Source of the DNA: a virus
Taxonomy: Duplodnaviria > Caudoviricetes
Virus record (IMG/VR): IMGVR_UViG_3300032270_001445
Span: 21,239 to 85,238 of that record
DNA length: 64,000 bases
Direction: 5' to 3' (one strand)
The notes under the pieces were generated by a model. It was not told the DNA's origin. It did no database searches and was given only the letters and a program-made list of their open reading frames with translations. Both the position numbers and the translations under genes were made by a program. This document shows, piece by piece, positions 55,472-64,000 of this stretch (its first letter is position 1; every line of letters starts with the position of its first letter).

Positions 55472-55639
55472 AACAATTACCAGCCATTTGAGCCGCATTT
55501 CTGCGCAATTTCTGGCAATATCAAGGCAATGCGCAAGAGGAATTGGGGCGAAATAAATGAGTTTCCTGTTAGTTGACAAATTCTATGCGTTGGATGTATC
55601 ATCCCGCCAAGTACACAATAGTATCAGCAGGGGAGGGTT

Positions 55640-56032
55640 TTGATCTTGGACGATAACAAAATGACAAGAAAAGACAAGGTGCTCAATCTGCTTCGGGAAA
55701 ACCTCAACGTGTGGATTGAGGGCCCGAGGATCGCAAGCCCCGAGGTTGGCGGCAGCGAGGGGCTCAAGAGGCTAAGGGAGCTCAGGGAAGACGGCCATAA
55801 AATTGAGACAAAGCCACATCCAAACAAGAAGCGCGACGTCTGGGTTTATCGCCTTGTCGGGGAGTCATCTGCACCAGTTGGCGTGTGGGCATGCTCGAGG
55901 TGCGGGGATACCGTAAAGGAAAAGCCAGAAGAGGGGGCAGTTAAAAGCGTGGTTGAAACAATGATTATGGTTAATTGTTGGAAGTGCAGGAAGCAGACCG
56001 TCTGGCAGTTCAAGCAGCCCCGTTTGGCTTGA
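55640..56032 (+). CDS. Winged-HTH plus Zn-ribbon protein
   Basis: KVLNLLRE...GSEGLKRLRELREDGHKIE; CSRC, CWKC. Confidence 0.7.
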   Translation: MILDDNKMTRKDKVLNLLRENLNVWIEGPRIASPEVGGSEGLKRLRELREDGHKIETKPHPNKKRDVWVYRLVGESSAPVGVWACSRCGDTVKEKPEEGAVKSVVETMIMVNCWKCRKQTVWQFKQPRLA

Positions 56033-56034
56033 AA

Positions 56035-56661
56035 ATGTATTCACAAAACAATGAAGAAGAAGTCATCGTTAAGAGGTTTGGCGACAGGGTGGGCGCATTC
56101 CTCGACATTGGGGCATACGACGGAGTAAATCTTAGCAACACCAGGAGGCTTGCTGAGCTTGGCTGGTCTGGCGTACTGGTTGACGGGTCATCATTTTCTT
56201 TCTCTAGACTTTTTGACCTTTATAGGGGGAATAAGAAAATGACCCTGATCAACGCCATGATTACGGGAGATCAGGAGGCAAGGGAAAGAATACGGCTAAT
56301 GTGGGAGTCTCCTCACTCTGGAGTCTCAACAATGGAGGTGGAAAACTACAATAAGTGGAAGGATCACGTTAAGAGCATACCCATCCCTGGTACGGAATTT
56401 GCAGAAATTTATGTCCCAGTTGTGACAATGGGTGAGATCCTTGGGATCGTGGGTTCCGTAAATCCAGTTGTTGAGTTTGTTTCCATTGATGTCGAGGGGA
56501 CTTCGTCGGACTTATCGCTTCAGCTCAATCCCGATACTTTTGGAGTTGAGATGCTGTGCGTAGAGCACGACAACAGGGTTGATGAGATCCTTGCACACTA
56601 CCAACCTTACGGCTTTTCTGTGGCCCTCATGAATGGCGAGAACATCATTCTCGAGAGGTAA
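56035..56661 (+). CDS. FkbM-family methyltransferase
   Basis: YSQNNEE...FLDIGAYDG...SNT...GWSGVLVD...SIDVEG...CVEH. Confidence 0.85.
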   Translation: MYSQNNEEEVIVKRFGDRVGAFLDIGAYDGVNLSNTRRLAELGWSGVLVDGSSFSFSRLFDLYRGNKKMTLINAMITGDQEARERIRLMWESPHSGVSTMEVENYNKWKDHVKSIPIPGTEFAEIYVPVVTMGEILGIVGSVNPVVEFVSIDVEGTSSDLSLQLNPDTFGVEMLCVEHDNRVDEILAHYQPYGFSVALMNGENIILER

Positions 56662-56662
56662 T

Positions 56663-58123
56663 TTAGTTTCTTTTTGCTGCAGTAAAGTAAAATCCGGAGT
56701 TTCCGACATCCGCAGCGTAAACAAGGGCGTCGACAAGGTCGTCGTGCTCGCTGTTTGGGAATGCCATCATTTCCGATTCCAACTGCCTGATTCCAGGTCC
56801 GCCCTTGAGATGAAAGACCTTTCCTGCCTCGTATCTTGCAGCAAGGGACCTTGACCTAAAGACCTTGTCTCTTTCTGGTCGGACTCCTCTCGCTGGAAGC
56901 CTTGTCTCATTAATCAGTTCCCGCACGAACGTTGATTGATACTGGACAACCTCAACATTTACCTCGGTTAATCGTCTCGGCTCCTCCCCCCAAACGTCGC
57001 GCTGGCCCTTGAGCCCGACAAACTTTGCTGGCCAAAGAAGCTTTGGGCTGGATGGGTCGTCGTAGATTGTCCCGTCCCGCTCAATGCCAGTTAACCACCT
57101 CTGGTGACCCTGCTGAATTCTGGTGCGGTAAGCGCCAACAACGTAAAGGTTATGCTCCTCGTCCTCAACAACCTCAACTGCGGCGGTGTAGTCAGATCGC
57201 TCTCTCTCTGAAGCAGCAAGGTCAACACCGACTCTTCTTGCCCCAGGCGGTATCGAGTCAACGTACTTGAAGTACTCGTAGCGGAAAATGTTGCCGCCCA
57301 TCGAGGTGACGTCGTTTTGGTATTGCAGATTGAAGATTGGCGTCCCTAACTCTTCTCGTTTCTGCTCAAGGTCCTCAACTGTGTACATATCTGGCCAAAG
57401 CGGCCCATGGTCCTCAAGCGACCTCCTTAAGTACGTTGGTATCCCCTTGCTTGTGAGCTCTGCGTAGAAGTCATCCTCGTGCCATCTTGTGCCTATGTAC
57501 CAACGTGTTGCGCTGGGAACCAGCATTGGGTCAATGACCTGCCAATAGGTATCACTTGCTTTTTGCCTCTGAGTCGGCGTGGCGTTCTCCCTTAGGCCGA
57601 CAATGTCGTCTGCAATCAGCAGGTCAAGTCGTGGCCCTGGCTTGATTGACGTTAGGCCGTCGGCAAAGCACGTCGCGTCTTTTCCAAGGTTTACCCCCTT
57701 GATTGTCCAGACCTCATCGGTCCATTTTGACCCAGCAACTCCGCCTCTGGCCCACGGAAATATTTCCGCAAAACTTGCCGACTCTACAATCGTTTTGATT
57801 GCCCTCGATCTTGCAAGCGCATCAGAAAGAACGGACGTCACAATGCCAATTCTGATTTTTCCCTGTGTAACGCCAACTAGTCGGGCGGCACGGTGGATAA
57901 GCTGCGTAGTTTTTGCATGGCCTCTTGGCATCAGTACTAGCGCCCGCTTGCTCTTAGTTAGAAACTGCTCCATCTCCCTGAGGTGTCTTGGAAAGACCAG
58001 ACCGCTTACGTACTCGGCGAAGGCGGCGTCGTCAGAGGAGGCCTTATCCCTCAGCCACGAGCGGTATTGCTCGTTAGTCGGCGGTGGTGCTTGCTTCGAC
58101 TTGCTTTGCTTCAGTTTCGGCAT
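56663..58123 (-). CDS. terL: Terminase large subunit
   Basis: MPRGHAKT Walker A, LIADD Walker B, GTRWHEDD, GVDLA, HDDLVDA. Confidence 0.93.
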   Translation of the reverse strand: MPKLKQSKSKQAPPPTNEQYRSWLRDKASSDDAAFAEYVSGLVFPRHLREMEQFLTKSKRALVLMPRGHAKTTQLIHRAARLVGVTQGKIRIGIVTSVLSDALARSRAIKTIVESASFAEIFPWARGGVAGSKWTDEVWTIKGVNLGKDATCFADGLTSIKPGPRLDLLIADDIVGLRENATPTQRQKASDTYWQVIDPMLVPSATRWYIGTRWHEDDFYAELTSKGIPTYLRRSLEDHGPLWPDMYTVEDLEQKREELGTPIFNLQYQNDVTSMGGNIFRYEYFKYVDSIPPGARRVGVDLAASERERSDYTAAVEVVEDEEHNLYVVGAYRTRIQQGHQRWLTGIERDGTIYDDPSSPKLLWPAKFVGLKGQRDVWGEEPRRLTEVNVEVVQYQSTFVRELINETRLPARGVRPERDKVFRSRSLAARYEAGKVFHLKGGPGIRQLESEMMAFPNSEHDDLVDALVYAADVGNSGFYFTAAKRN

Positions 58124-58607
58124 TCTTTGCTGCCTCCTCTAGCTGCTCCGCCCAAAGTGATAGCCGCCCGGAAAGCTCTCCGGCGGTAAGCGTGTCAATC
58201 TCATGAGGAGTCTTGGATATCTCGATGGCACCGCCATCAACTCCGCTGACCTCCTGTCGGACTGGGGCATATGCCCCAGTAAGCTTTGCAACCTTATCAA
58301 GAATCTCAATCTGAATTTTAAGATACTGAATTTCCATGCCAGAACCGCGCGCCTTTGAGGCGCCAACCGCAGCCTGCTGACCGATCATTCTCGCCTTTTG
58401 AATCAACTCCGCCCTTGTGAGGGTCTGGTCAGGCTGGTCCTCGGACCATTTCTTGCGAATACCGCGGATATGCTCCCTGACCGTGTGGACGGAAAGGTCG
58501 GTTGCCTTTGCGATTTGCGCGGTGGGGACGCCGTTAAGGAGCAGTTGCGTAATCTGCTCCCTCAGCGCGTCAATCTGTGCCTGCGGCTTTCGTCCTGGTT
58601 TTCCCAT
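58074..58607 (-). CDS. terS: Terminase small subunit-like HTH protein
   Basis: AQIAKATDLSVHTVREH HTH; EVSGVDGGAIE; directly upstream of terL. Confidence 0.65.
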   Translation of the reverse strand: MGKPGRKPQAQIDALREQITQLLLNGVPTAQIAKATDLSVHTVREHIRGIRKKWSEDQPDQTLTRAELIQKARMIGQQAAVGASKARGSGMEIQYLKIQIEILDKVAKLTGAYAPVRQEVSGVDGGAIEISKTPHEIDTLTAGELSGRLSLWAEQLEEAAKNAETEAKQVEASTTAD

Positions 58608-58648
58608 GAGAAGATGATACACTATTGCCAACGCAAAAGCACACATGG

Positions 58649-58676
58649 TTGACTTTCCTGTACGAAATGAGAGAAT
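58649..58676 (+). promoter_or_regulatory. Promoter for the tail module (leaderless)
   Basis: TTGACT-16-GAGAAT, 6 nt, ATG 58683. Confidence 0.45.
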
Positions 58677-58682
58677 CCAGGC

Positions 58683-59027
58683 ATGCCAGCCAACATTTAC
58701 GACATCATCTGCGAGCAGGGAACAACCTTCACCCGAGTGGTTACGTATAAGGATGCCGCAGGTAATGCGGTGAACTTGACCTCGTACACCGCCAGGATGA
58801 AGGTTAGGTCTTCGCGCGGCGCGGAGGGATTCTATATGACCCTGGTCAACTCAAGGGGGATTACCTTGCAATCCAACGGAGAGATTGAAATCATCATCCC
58901 CGCAACTTCTACAGCTGTCGTTCCAGCCGGAAACTATAGGTACGACCTGGAAATTGTCTCAACCTCTGGGGTGGTCACAAGGGTCATAGAGGGAGAATTT
59001 AAGGTTTCCGGCGAGGTGACAAGATGA
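58683..59027 (+). CDS. Virion structural protein (Ig/BppU-N-like)
   Basis: EQGTTF...VNLTSYTARMKVR...YRYDLEI. Confidence 0.7.
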   Translation: MPANIYDIICEQGTTFTRVVTYKDAAGNAVNLTSYTARMKVRSSRGAEGFYMTLVNSRGITLQSNGEIEIIIPATSTAVVPAGNYRYDLEIVSTSGVVTRVIEGEFKVSGEVTR

Positions 59028-59299
59028 CCGATGATTTTAACGTAATAATCGCAGAGGAAAATCAAAATTCTGTCACAATTAGCTCATCAACCGCCATTGT
59101 TGGCCAGGTAACCTATACCCATAACCAATCATCTGCCGCGTCGTCCTGGGTTATCGTCCACAACCTTGGGAGAAGGCCGTCCGTAACCATTGTCGATAGC
59201 GGTGGAAACGTACAGATTGGCGATGTGTTGTATAACTCAGATAATCAGATTACAGTCAATTTCTCAGCTGCTTTTGGCGGCTATGCATATTTAAATTAG
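59024..59299 (+). CDS. Small virion protein
   Basis: YTHNQSSAASSWVIVHNLG...F.GYAYLN. Confidence 0.7.
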   Translation: MTDDFNVIIAEENQNSVTISSSTAIVGQVTYTHNQSSAASSWVIVHNLGRRPSVTIVDSGGNVQIGDVLYNSDNQITVNFSAAFGGYAYLN

Positions 59300-59306
59300 T
59301 GAGGAG

Positions 59307-61097
59307 ATGCCCGTGAAGGTACTGACGAGTCTAGACCTACGAAGTTTTCTTGACCTTAACAAGAATGAACTGCGCAACGCAGTAATTCAGGTCCTTGCGA
59401 TCCCTCCAGCAACTCCATCTACTGGGCAAATCTACTACAACTCAGACTCCAACGACGGCGCAATTGGTCTGCTCGTCTACGATGGGTCTAACTGGCAGCC
59501 AGTTGGTTCAATTGACGGAATTGAAGTCACTGGACCAATCCAGAAGTCCACTTCGGGCGGAACCGTTACCATCTCCATTAGCGCAGCGGACGGCTCAAAC
59601 GCTGGCTCAATGTCCGCCGCCCACTACACGCTTGTTAATAACGCAACTGATGCCAACACCGCAAGTGCCATTGTTAAGCGCGACGCTTCTGGCAACTTCA
59701 CCGCCGGAACAGTTAGCGCGACAACCGTAAGCATTTCGGGATCTGTTACTAACGCAACTGACGCAGCGACCAAGGCATATGTTGATAGCGTTGCGACTGG
59801 TCTCGATGTCAAGGCATCCGTCCGAGTCGCTACAACTGCAAACGTTGCACTTGCCACTGCGCTTGAAAACGGCGACGCAATTGACGGGATTACCCTTGCC
59901 ACTGGCAACCGAGTCCTTGTTAAGAATCAGTCAACTGGTTCTGAAAACGGCATTTACGTTGTCCAGTCTTCCGGCGCAGCGGTTCGCGCAACTGATGCCG
60001 ATGTAAGCGCAGAAGTCACTGGCGGACTCTTCACGTTTGTTGAAGAAGGAACTGCCAACGGCAACACGGGTTGGGTTCTCACTACTGACAACCCAATTAC
60101 GCTTGGAACTACTGCACTTGTCTTCAATCAGTTCTCTGGCGCAGCAACCGTCACTGGCGGAGATGGACTTACCCTCACGGGGACTGACCTTGCGGTCAAC
60201 GTTGACGCATCAACGATTGAGATTGCTTCTGACACCCTTCGCGTCAAGGACGCTGGGATTACGTCCGCAAAGCTTGCAACCAGCGCGGTTGACCTCAGCA
60301 CGACAACTGTAACTGGAACACTTCCAGTTGCCAAGGGTGGTACTGGAGCAACAACTGCTTCTGATAACACCGTCTTCGCTGGACCAGCAACTGGCGGGCC
60401 TTCCGCTCCTTCGTTCCGAGCGCTTGTCGCTTCGGACATCCCAAGCCACAGCACCGATAAGCTTACAAGCGGCACCCTTGGTGTTGCTCGTGGCGGTACT
60501 GGTGCAGCAACGTTTACCGCTGGTATCGTTAAGTCAACTGGCGGAACTGATGCTCTCACGACGGGCAGCACTGTTTCGCTTACAACTGAAGTAAGCGGTA
60601 CTCTCCCAGTTGCTAACGGCGGTACTGGCGCAACGACACTTACAAGCAACGGCGTTATCATTGGCGCAGGAACCAACGCACTTGCCGCGACGACTGCGGG
60701 AACTGCCAATCAGGTCCTCCGTGTCCCAAGCGGCGGTGGCGCACCTGCGTTCGGCGCAGTTGACGTAAGCTCCGCATCTGCGGTCACTGGTGCACTTGCC
60801 ATCGCGAACGGTGGCACTGGCCAGACGACGGCAGCGGCAGCCCTTGCAGCCCTTGGCGGGACGCGAAAGCATTCTGCACTCATCGGGGACCCTGCGGGCT
60901 ATGCGGGCGGACCAAGGTCAACCATCACGGTAACCCACAACCTGAACACAAAGGATGTGGCCGTTGAGGTGTATGAGGTCGCCAGCCCGTATCAGAAGGT
61001 TTATCCTGACATCGTTCATGCGACCGTAGACACGACTGACTTCGTGTTCTCCACGGCCCCATCCGAGGATGCGTACAGGGTTGTTATAATCGGGTAA
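59307..61097 (+). CDS. Tail fibre-like protein with GTLPVxxGGTG repeats
   Basis: AATKAYVD...GNRVLVKNQ...ENGIY; five GxLxVxxGGTG repeats; HNLNT C-domain. Confidence 0.8.
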   Translation: MPVKVLTSLDLRSFLDLNKNELRNAVIQVLAIPPATPSTGQIYYNSDSNDGAIGLLVYDGSNWQPVGSIDGIEVTGPIQKSTSGGTVTISISAADGSNAGSMSAAHYTLVNNATDANTASAIVKRDASGNFTAGTVSATTVSISGSVTNATDAATKAYVDSVATGLDVKASVRVATTANVALATALENGDAIDGITLATGNRVLVKNQSTGSENGIYVVQSSGAAVRATDADVSAEVTGGLFTFVEEGTANGNTGWVLTTDNPITLGTTALVFNQFSGAATVTGGDGLTLTGTDLAVNVDASTIEIASDTLRVKDAGITSAKLATSAVDLSTTTVTGTLPVAKGGTGATTASDNTVFAGPATGGPSAPSFRALVASDIPSHSTDKLTSGTLGVARGGTGAATFTAGIVKSTGGTDALTTGSTVSLTTEVSGTLPVANGGTGATTLTSNGVIIGAGTNALAATTAGTANQVLRVPSGGGAPAFGAVDVSSASAVTGALAIANGGTGQTTAAAALAALGGTRKHSALIGDPAGYAGGPRSTITVTHNLNTKDVAVEVYEVASPYQKVYPDIVHATVDTTDFVFSTAPSEDAYRVVIIG

Positions 61098-61117
61098 ACT
61101 CCCCATGGAGGTAACCC

Positions 61118-63391
61118 GTGCCTAAGCTACTCAATAAGACAAATTTACCAAATTACGCCAGCGCCCCGTCGTCCCCGACGAATGGGGATATCTACTACAA
61201 CACCACGGATCACATCGTATATGCGCGAGTCAATGGTGCGTGGGTTGACCTTGGAGCTGGTGGTGGCGGTGCAGGAGACATCACCGAAGTTGTCGCTGGT
61301 GCGGGCCTAACGGGCGGTGCAAGCACTGGTTCTGCCACCCTTACCGTAGGTGCCGGAACAGGCATTACCGTCAATGCTGACGATGTGGCAATTGACACAA
61401 CTGTTGTTGCCCGCAAGACCGATAATTTGTCGGCATTTGCCGCGACGACATCCGCAGAGCTAGCTGGAGTTGTTTCAGACGAGACTGGATCTGGCTTGCT
61501 GGTATTTGGAACTGGACCAACGATTTCGCTTCCAGTTATTGATAACCCAAAACTTGGATACGACACAACCACAACATCAGCAAGCACGCTGACCCTTACA
61601 AATACTTCTGGATATTACCAGTTCTTTACTGGCTCAACTGCTGGGCAGGTTGTCCAGCTACCAGTTGCAAGTCTTGGGCAAAGCTTCCTAATTGTAAACA
61701 AAACTACTAATGTAATAACAGTAAACTCATCTGGCGGAAATCTTGTGCAATCATGCGTGAGTAAGGGAATTTATCTTATTACATGCATTTTAGGCAGCGG
61801 TACCACTGCGGCATCGTGGTCATCTCAATTTTCTGGCAGCACAAGTCCAACAACGGGCTCAGGGACAAGTGCTGGTGGTGGGGTTGTTCTTGCTGATAGC
61901 CCAACATTTACTGGTAGGCCAACAATTTCTCAGGCTCTAACAATTTCTCCAACAGTTATTGCGTCAAGTAATGGCTCAACTGCGGTAAACCCGTCTCAAA
62001 CTGCATATGTCAGGGTCACAGGAACAAGTGCACACACATTAACACTAGGCGCAAATCAACTTATTGGAAATTGGATTTGGGTAAAAAATGACAGCACTGG
62101 TATCGTAACGGTTAATGCAAGCGGTGGTGCAGTTTTAGCCTACTTGAAAGCGGGGCAGACCGCAGAGTTTATTGGAATTACCCAAAACGGATCTGCCGCC
62201 ACAGACTGGGCTGTGCATTTCCTTGGCGGCTCAACTGCGACAGGCACTGGAGCAAGCGTTTTTGCAACAAACCCAACGCTTACCACGCCAGATATCTCGG
62301 GCCGCCTACTTGTAAATGACGCCATAATTTTGCTTGCAAGTTCCATAACTTCAAGCGGTGGAACTACTGCAATTTCAGCAACAACTGATTCAGTTGTTAT
62401 CGTGACCGGTACATTGGGGCACACCCTAACACTACCAACTCTGTCAACAGCTTCGGTATTTTTTTGGATTAGGAACAGCAGCACGCAATCAATAGCAGTA
62501 AATACTAACGCCGGATCACTGGTCGCAACGGTATCCCCTGGTCAAATTGTTAACCTTATTTGTCTGGTTTCCAATGGTGGATCAAACGTCTCAGATTGGT
62601 CAGTGCATTTCCTTGGCGGATCAACAACAACTGGTACTGGTTCAAGCGTGTTTGCCACAAGCCCAACGCTTACCACGCCAGTCATTTCAAGCATTGTTAA
62701 TACGGGAACTCTGACTCTTCCTACTTCTACGGATACACTTGTTGGTCGAGCAACTACAGATGTTCTTACAAACAAGACAATATCAGCATCTAGCAACACT
62801 ATCAGCGGTGTAGCAAAAGTTTACTATCAGACTACGGAGCCAACCGGAGGAACATACGTAGCTGGAGATATCTGGTTTGACTCGGATAGTGATGTTGCCT
62901 CTACTTCTGCGCAAATTTCTATTGGCGCAGTAACAACGGGGGCCGCTGGATCAAGCGCAACGGTGTCAAATACTGGGACAGGAACTAATGCGGTGCTTGC
63001 ATTTAGCATCCCACAAGGTGCAGTTGGCGCTACTGGTGCTACTGGCGCAACTGGGGCTACTGGGGCTACTGGGGCAAACGCATACAATGTACCAATTACC
63101 ACTCAGGCGACATCACGAGATATAGCGCTTACCGATCTTGGCGACCTAATCGAGTGCACTTCTGCTAGCGCAATGACCCTAACGGTCCGCTCCAACGCAA
63201 CGGTATCTGGGTTTGCCAACGGAGATCAGATCATGATTCTTCAATCTGGAGCAGGACAGGTAACCATTGCCGGAAACGGCGCAACAATTAATGGGACCCC
63301 GGGACTTAAGTTGCGCGCTCAATGGTCTTCTGCTACGCTGATTAAGCGCGGTACGGACCTCTGGGTTCTTGTTGGGGATACTTCAGCATGA
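61118..63391 (+). CDS. Tail fibre protein with collagen-like segment
   Basis: DITEVVAGAGLTGG, repeated modules, GATGATGAT, C-terminal LRAQWSSATLIK...WVLVGD. Confidence 0.8.
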   Translation: MPKLLNKTNLPNYASAPSSPTNGDIYYNTTDHIVYARVNGAWVDLGAGGGGAGDITEVVAGAGLTGGASTGSATLTVGAGTGITVNADDVAIDTTVVARKTDNLSAFAATTSAELAGVVSDETGSGLLVFGTGPTISLPVIDNPKLGYDTTTTSASTLTLTNTSGYYQFFTGSTAGQVVQLPVASLGQSFLIVNKTTNVITVNSSGGNLVQSCVSKGIYLITCILGSGTTAASWSSQFSGSTSPTTGSGTSAGGGVVLADSPTFTGRPTISQALTISPTVIASSNGSTAVNPSQTAYVRVTGTSAHTLTLGANQLIGNWIWVKNDSTGIVTVNASGGAVLAYLKAGQTAEFIGITQNGSAATDWAVHFLGGSTATGTGASVFATNPTLTTPDISGRLLVNDAIILLASSITSSGGTTAISATTDSVVIVTGTLGHTLTLPTLSTASVFFWIRNSSTQSIAVNTNAGSLVATVSPGQIVNLICLVSNGGSNVSDWSVHFLGGSTTTGTGSSVFATSPTLTTPVISSIVNTGTLTLPTSTDTLVGRATTDVLTNKTISASSNTISGVAKVYYQTTEPTGGTYVAGDIWFDSDSDVASTSAQISIGAVTTGAAGSSATVSNTGTGTNAVLAFSIPQGAVGATGATGATGATGATGANAYNVPITTQATSRDIALTDLGDLIECTSASAMTLTVRSNATVSGFANGDQIMILQSGAGQVTIAGNGATINGTPGLKLRAQWSSATLIKRGTDLWVLVGDTSA

Positions 63392-64000
63392 TTACTGCCA
63401 CGTCTTCCTTAAGCCAGAATGTACAGGCTGGACCGCAACATATCGCCGTAGTGCACGGGGGCAGCCCATACGTCTCCGTCTACCCTTGGACGGGAACGTT
63501 TGGAACGAAGGTTGCAAACCCTGCAACGCTGCCTGCGAGTACTGGCAACGGAGTAGCGTTCAGCCCATCTGGTGGTCATATCGCCGTAGCGCATGTTGGT
63601 GCGACTGACCCAAATGATAGCAAGATACGGATTCCTCCATATTTTTCCGTCTACCCCTGGACTGGTGCGTTTGGAACGAAGGTTGCCGATCCAGCAACGC
63701 AGACCAGTGGTGCTGGCAACGGAGTAGCCTTCACCCGATCTGGTGGGCATATCGCCGTTGCACACACCACCACCCCATTCATCTCCGTCTACCCTTGGAC
63801 GGGAACGTTTGGAACGAAGGTTGCCGATCCAGCAACGCTGCCTGCGAGTACTGGCAACGGAGTAGCGTTCACCCCATCTGGTGATCGTATTGCTGTAGCA
63901 CACACCACCACCCCATTCATCTCCGTCTACCCTTGGACGGGAACGTTTGGAACGAAGGTTGCAAACCCTGCAACGCTGCCTGCGAGTACTGGCAACGGAG
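63388..64000 (+). CDS. Beta-propeller repeat protein (3'-truncated)
   Basis: Manual translation: repeats of IAVAHTTTPFISVYPWTGTFGTKVADPATLPASTGNGVAFTPSG; ATGA overlap; open to the window end. Confidence 0.85.
   Translation, partial: MITATSSLSQNVQAGPQHIAVVHGGSPYVSVYPWTGTFGTKVANPATLPASTGNGVAFSPSGGHIAVAHVGATDPNDSKIRIPPYFSVYPWTGAFGTKVADPATQTSGAGNGVAFTRSGGHIAVAHTTTPFISVYPWTGTFGTKVADPATLPASTGNGVAFTPSGDRIAVAHTTTPFISVYPWTGTFGTKVANPATLPASTGNG

Noticed and set aside
63015-63080. GATGAT collagen-like repeat as a novelty
   Set aside because: Common in phage fibres
63388-64000. Diversity-generating retroelement TR/VR
   Set aside because: Differences between repeats are not adenine-specific, the repeats are in-frame blades, and there is no RT
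1-64000. Stop-codon reassignment
   Set aside because: Long genes are intact under code 11, and TAA, TAG and TGA all end genes at sensible positions
1-64000. Prophage boundary or host genes; many long antisense ORFs in the ORF track
   Set aside because: No integrase, att site or housekeeping block was seen; the overlapping ORFs lack RBS and motifs and are shadows of real genes

Overview
Partial genome (>64 kb, both ends fall inside + strand tail genes) of a tailed dsDNA phage with an HK97-type head. No integrase or CRISPR is visible. Layout: end of a giant chaperone-assisted tail fibre, then a lysis cassette (1-6.6 kb); a minus-strand head operon whose prohead protease is fused to an intact Dps/ferritin domain (8.2-13 kb); a divergent portal-HNH-recombination-replication operon (13.2-25.5 kb); about 17 kb of one-gene cassettes in two convergent arrays (25.7-42.8 kb). 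The + array has 14 units at a ~503-nt period, each with a covarying TCC-loop hairpin whose geometry resembles N4 virion-RNAP promoters. The - array has 16-17 sigma70 promoters, each capped by a covarying palindrome, and two of its cassettes seem to carry ncRNAs rather than ORFs. Further right are tRNA-Ile(UAU) and tRNA-Arg(UCU), a DnaA-box cluster, a GDP-mannose-epimerase/glycosyltransferase/ParB operon, a nested-palindrome intergenic element, terminase genes ~40 kb from the portal, and the start of the tail module. Protein calls are motif-based, made by eye without database searches.
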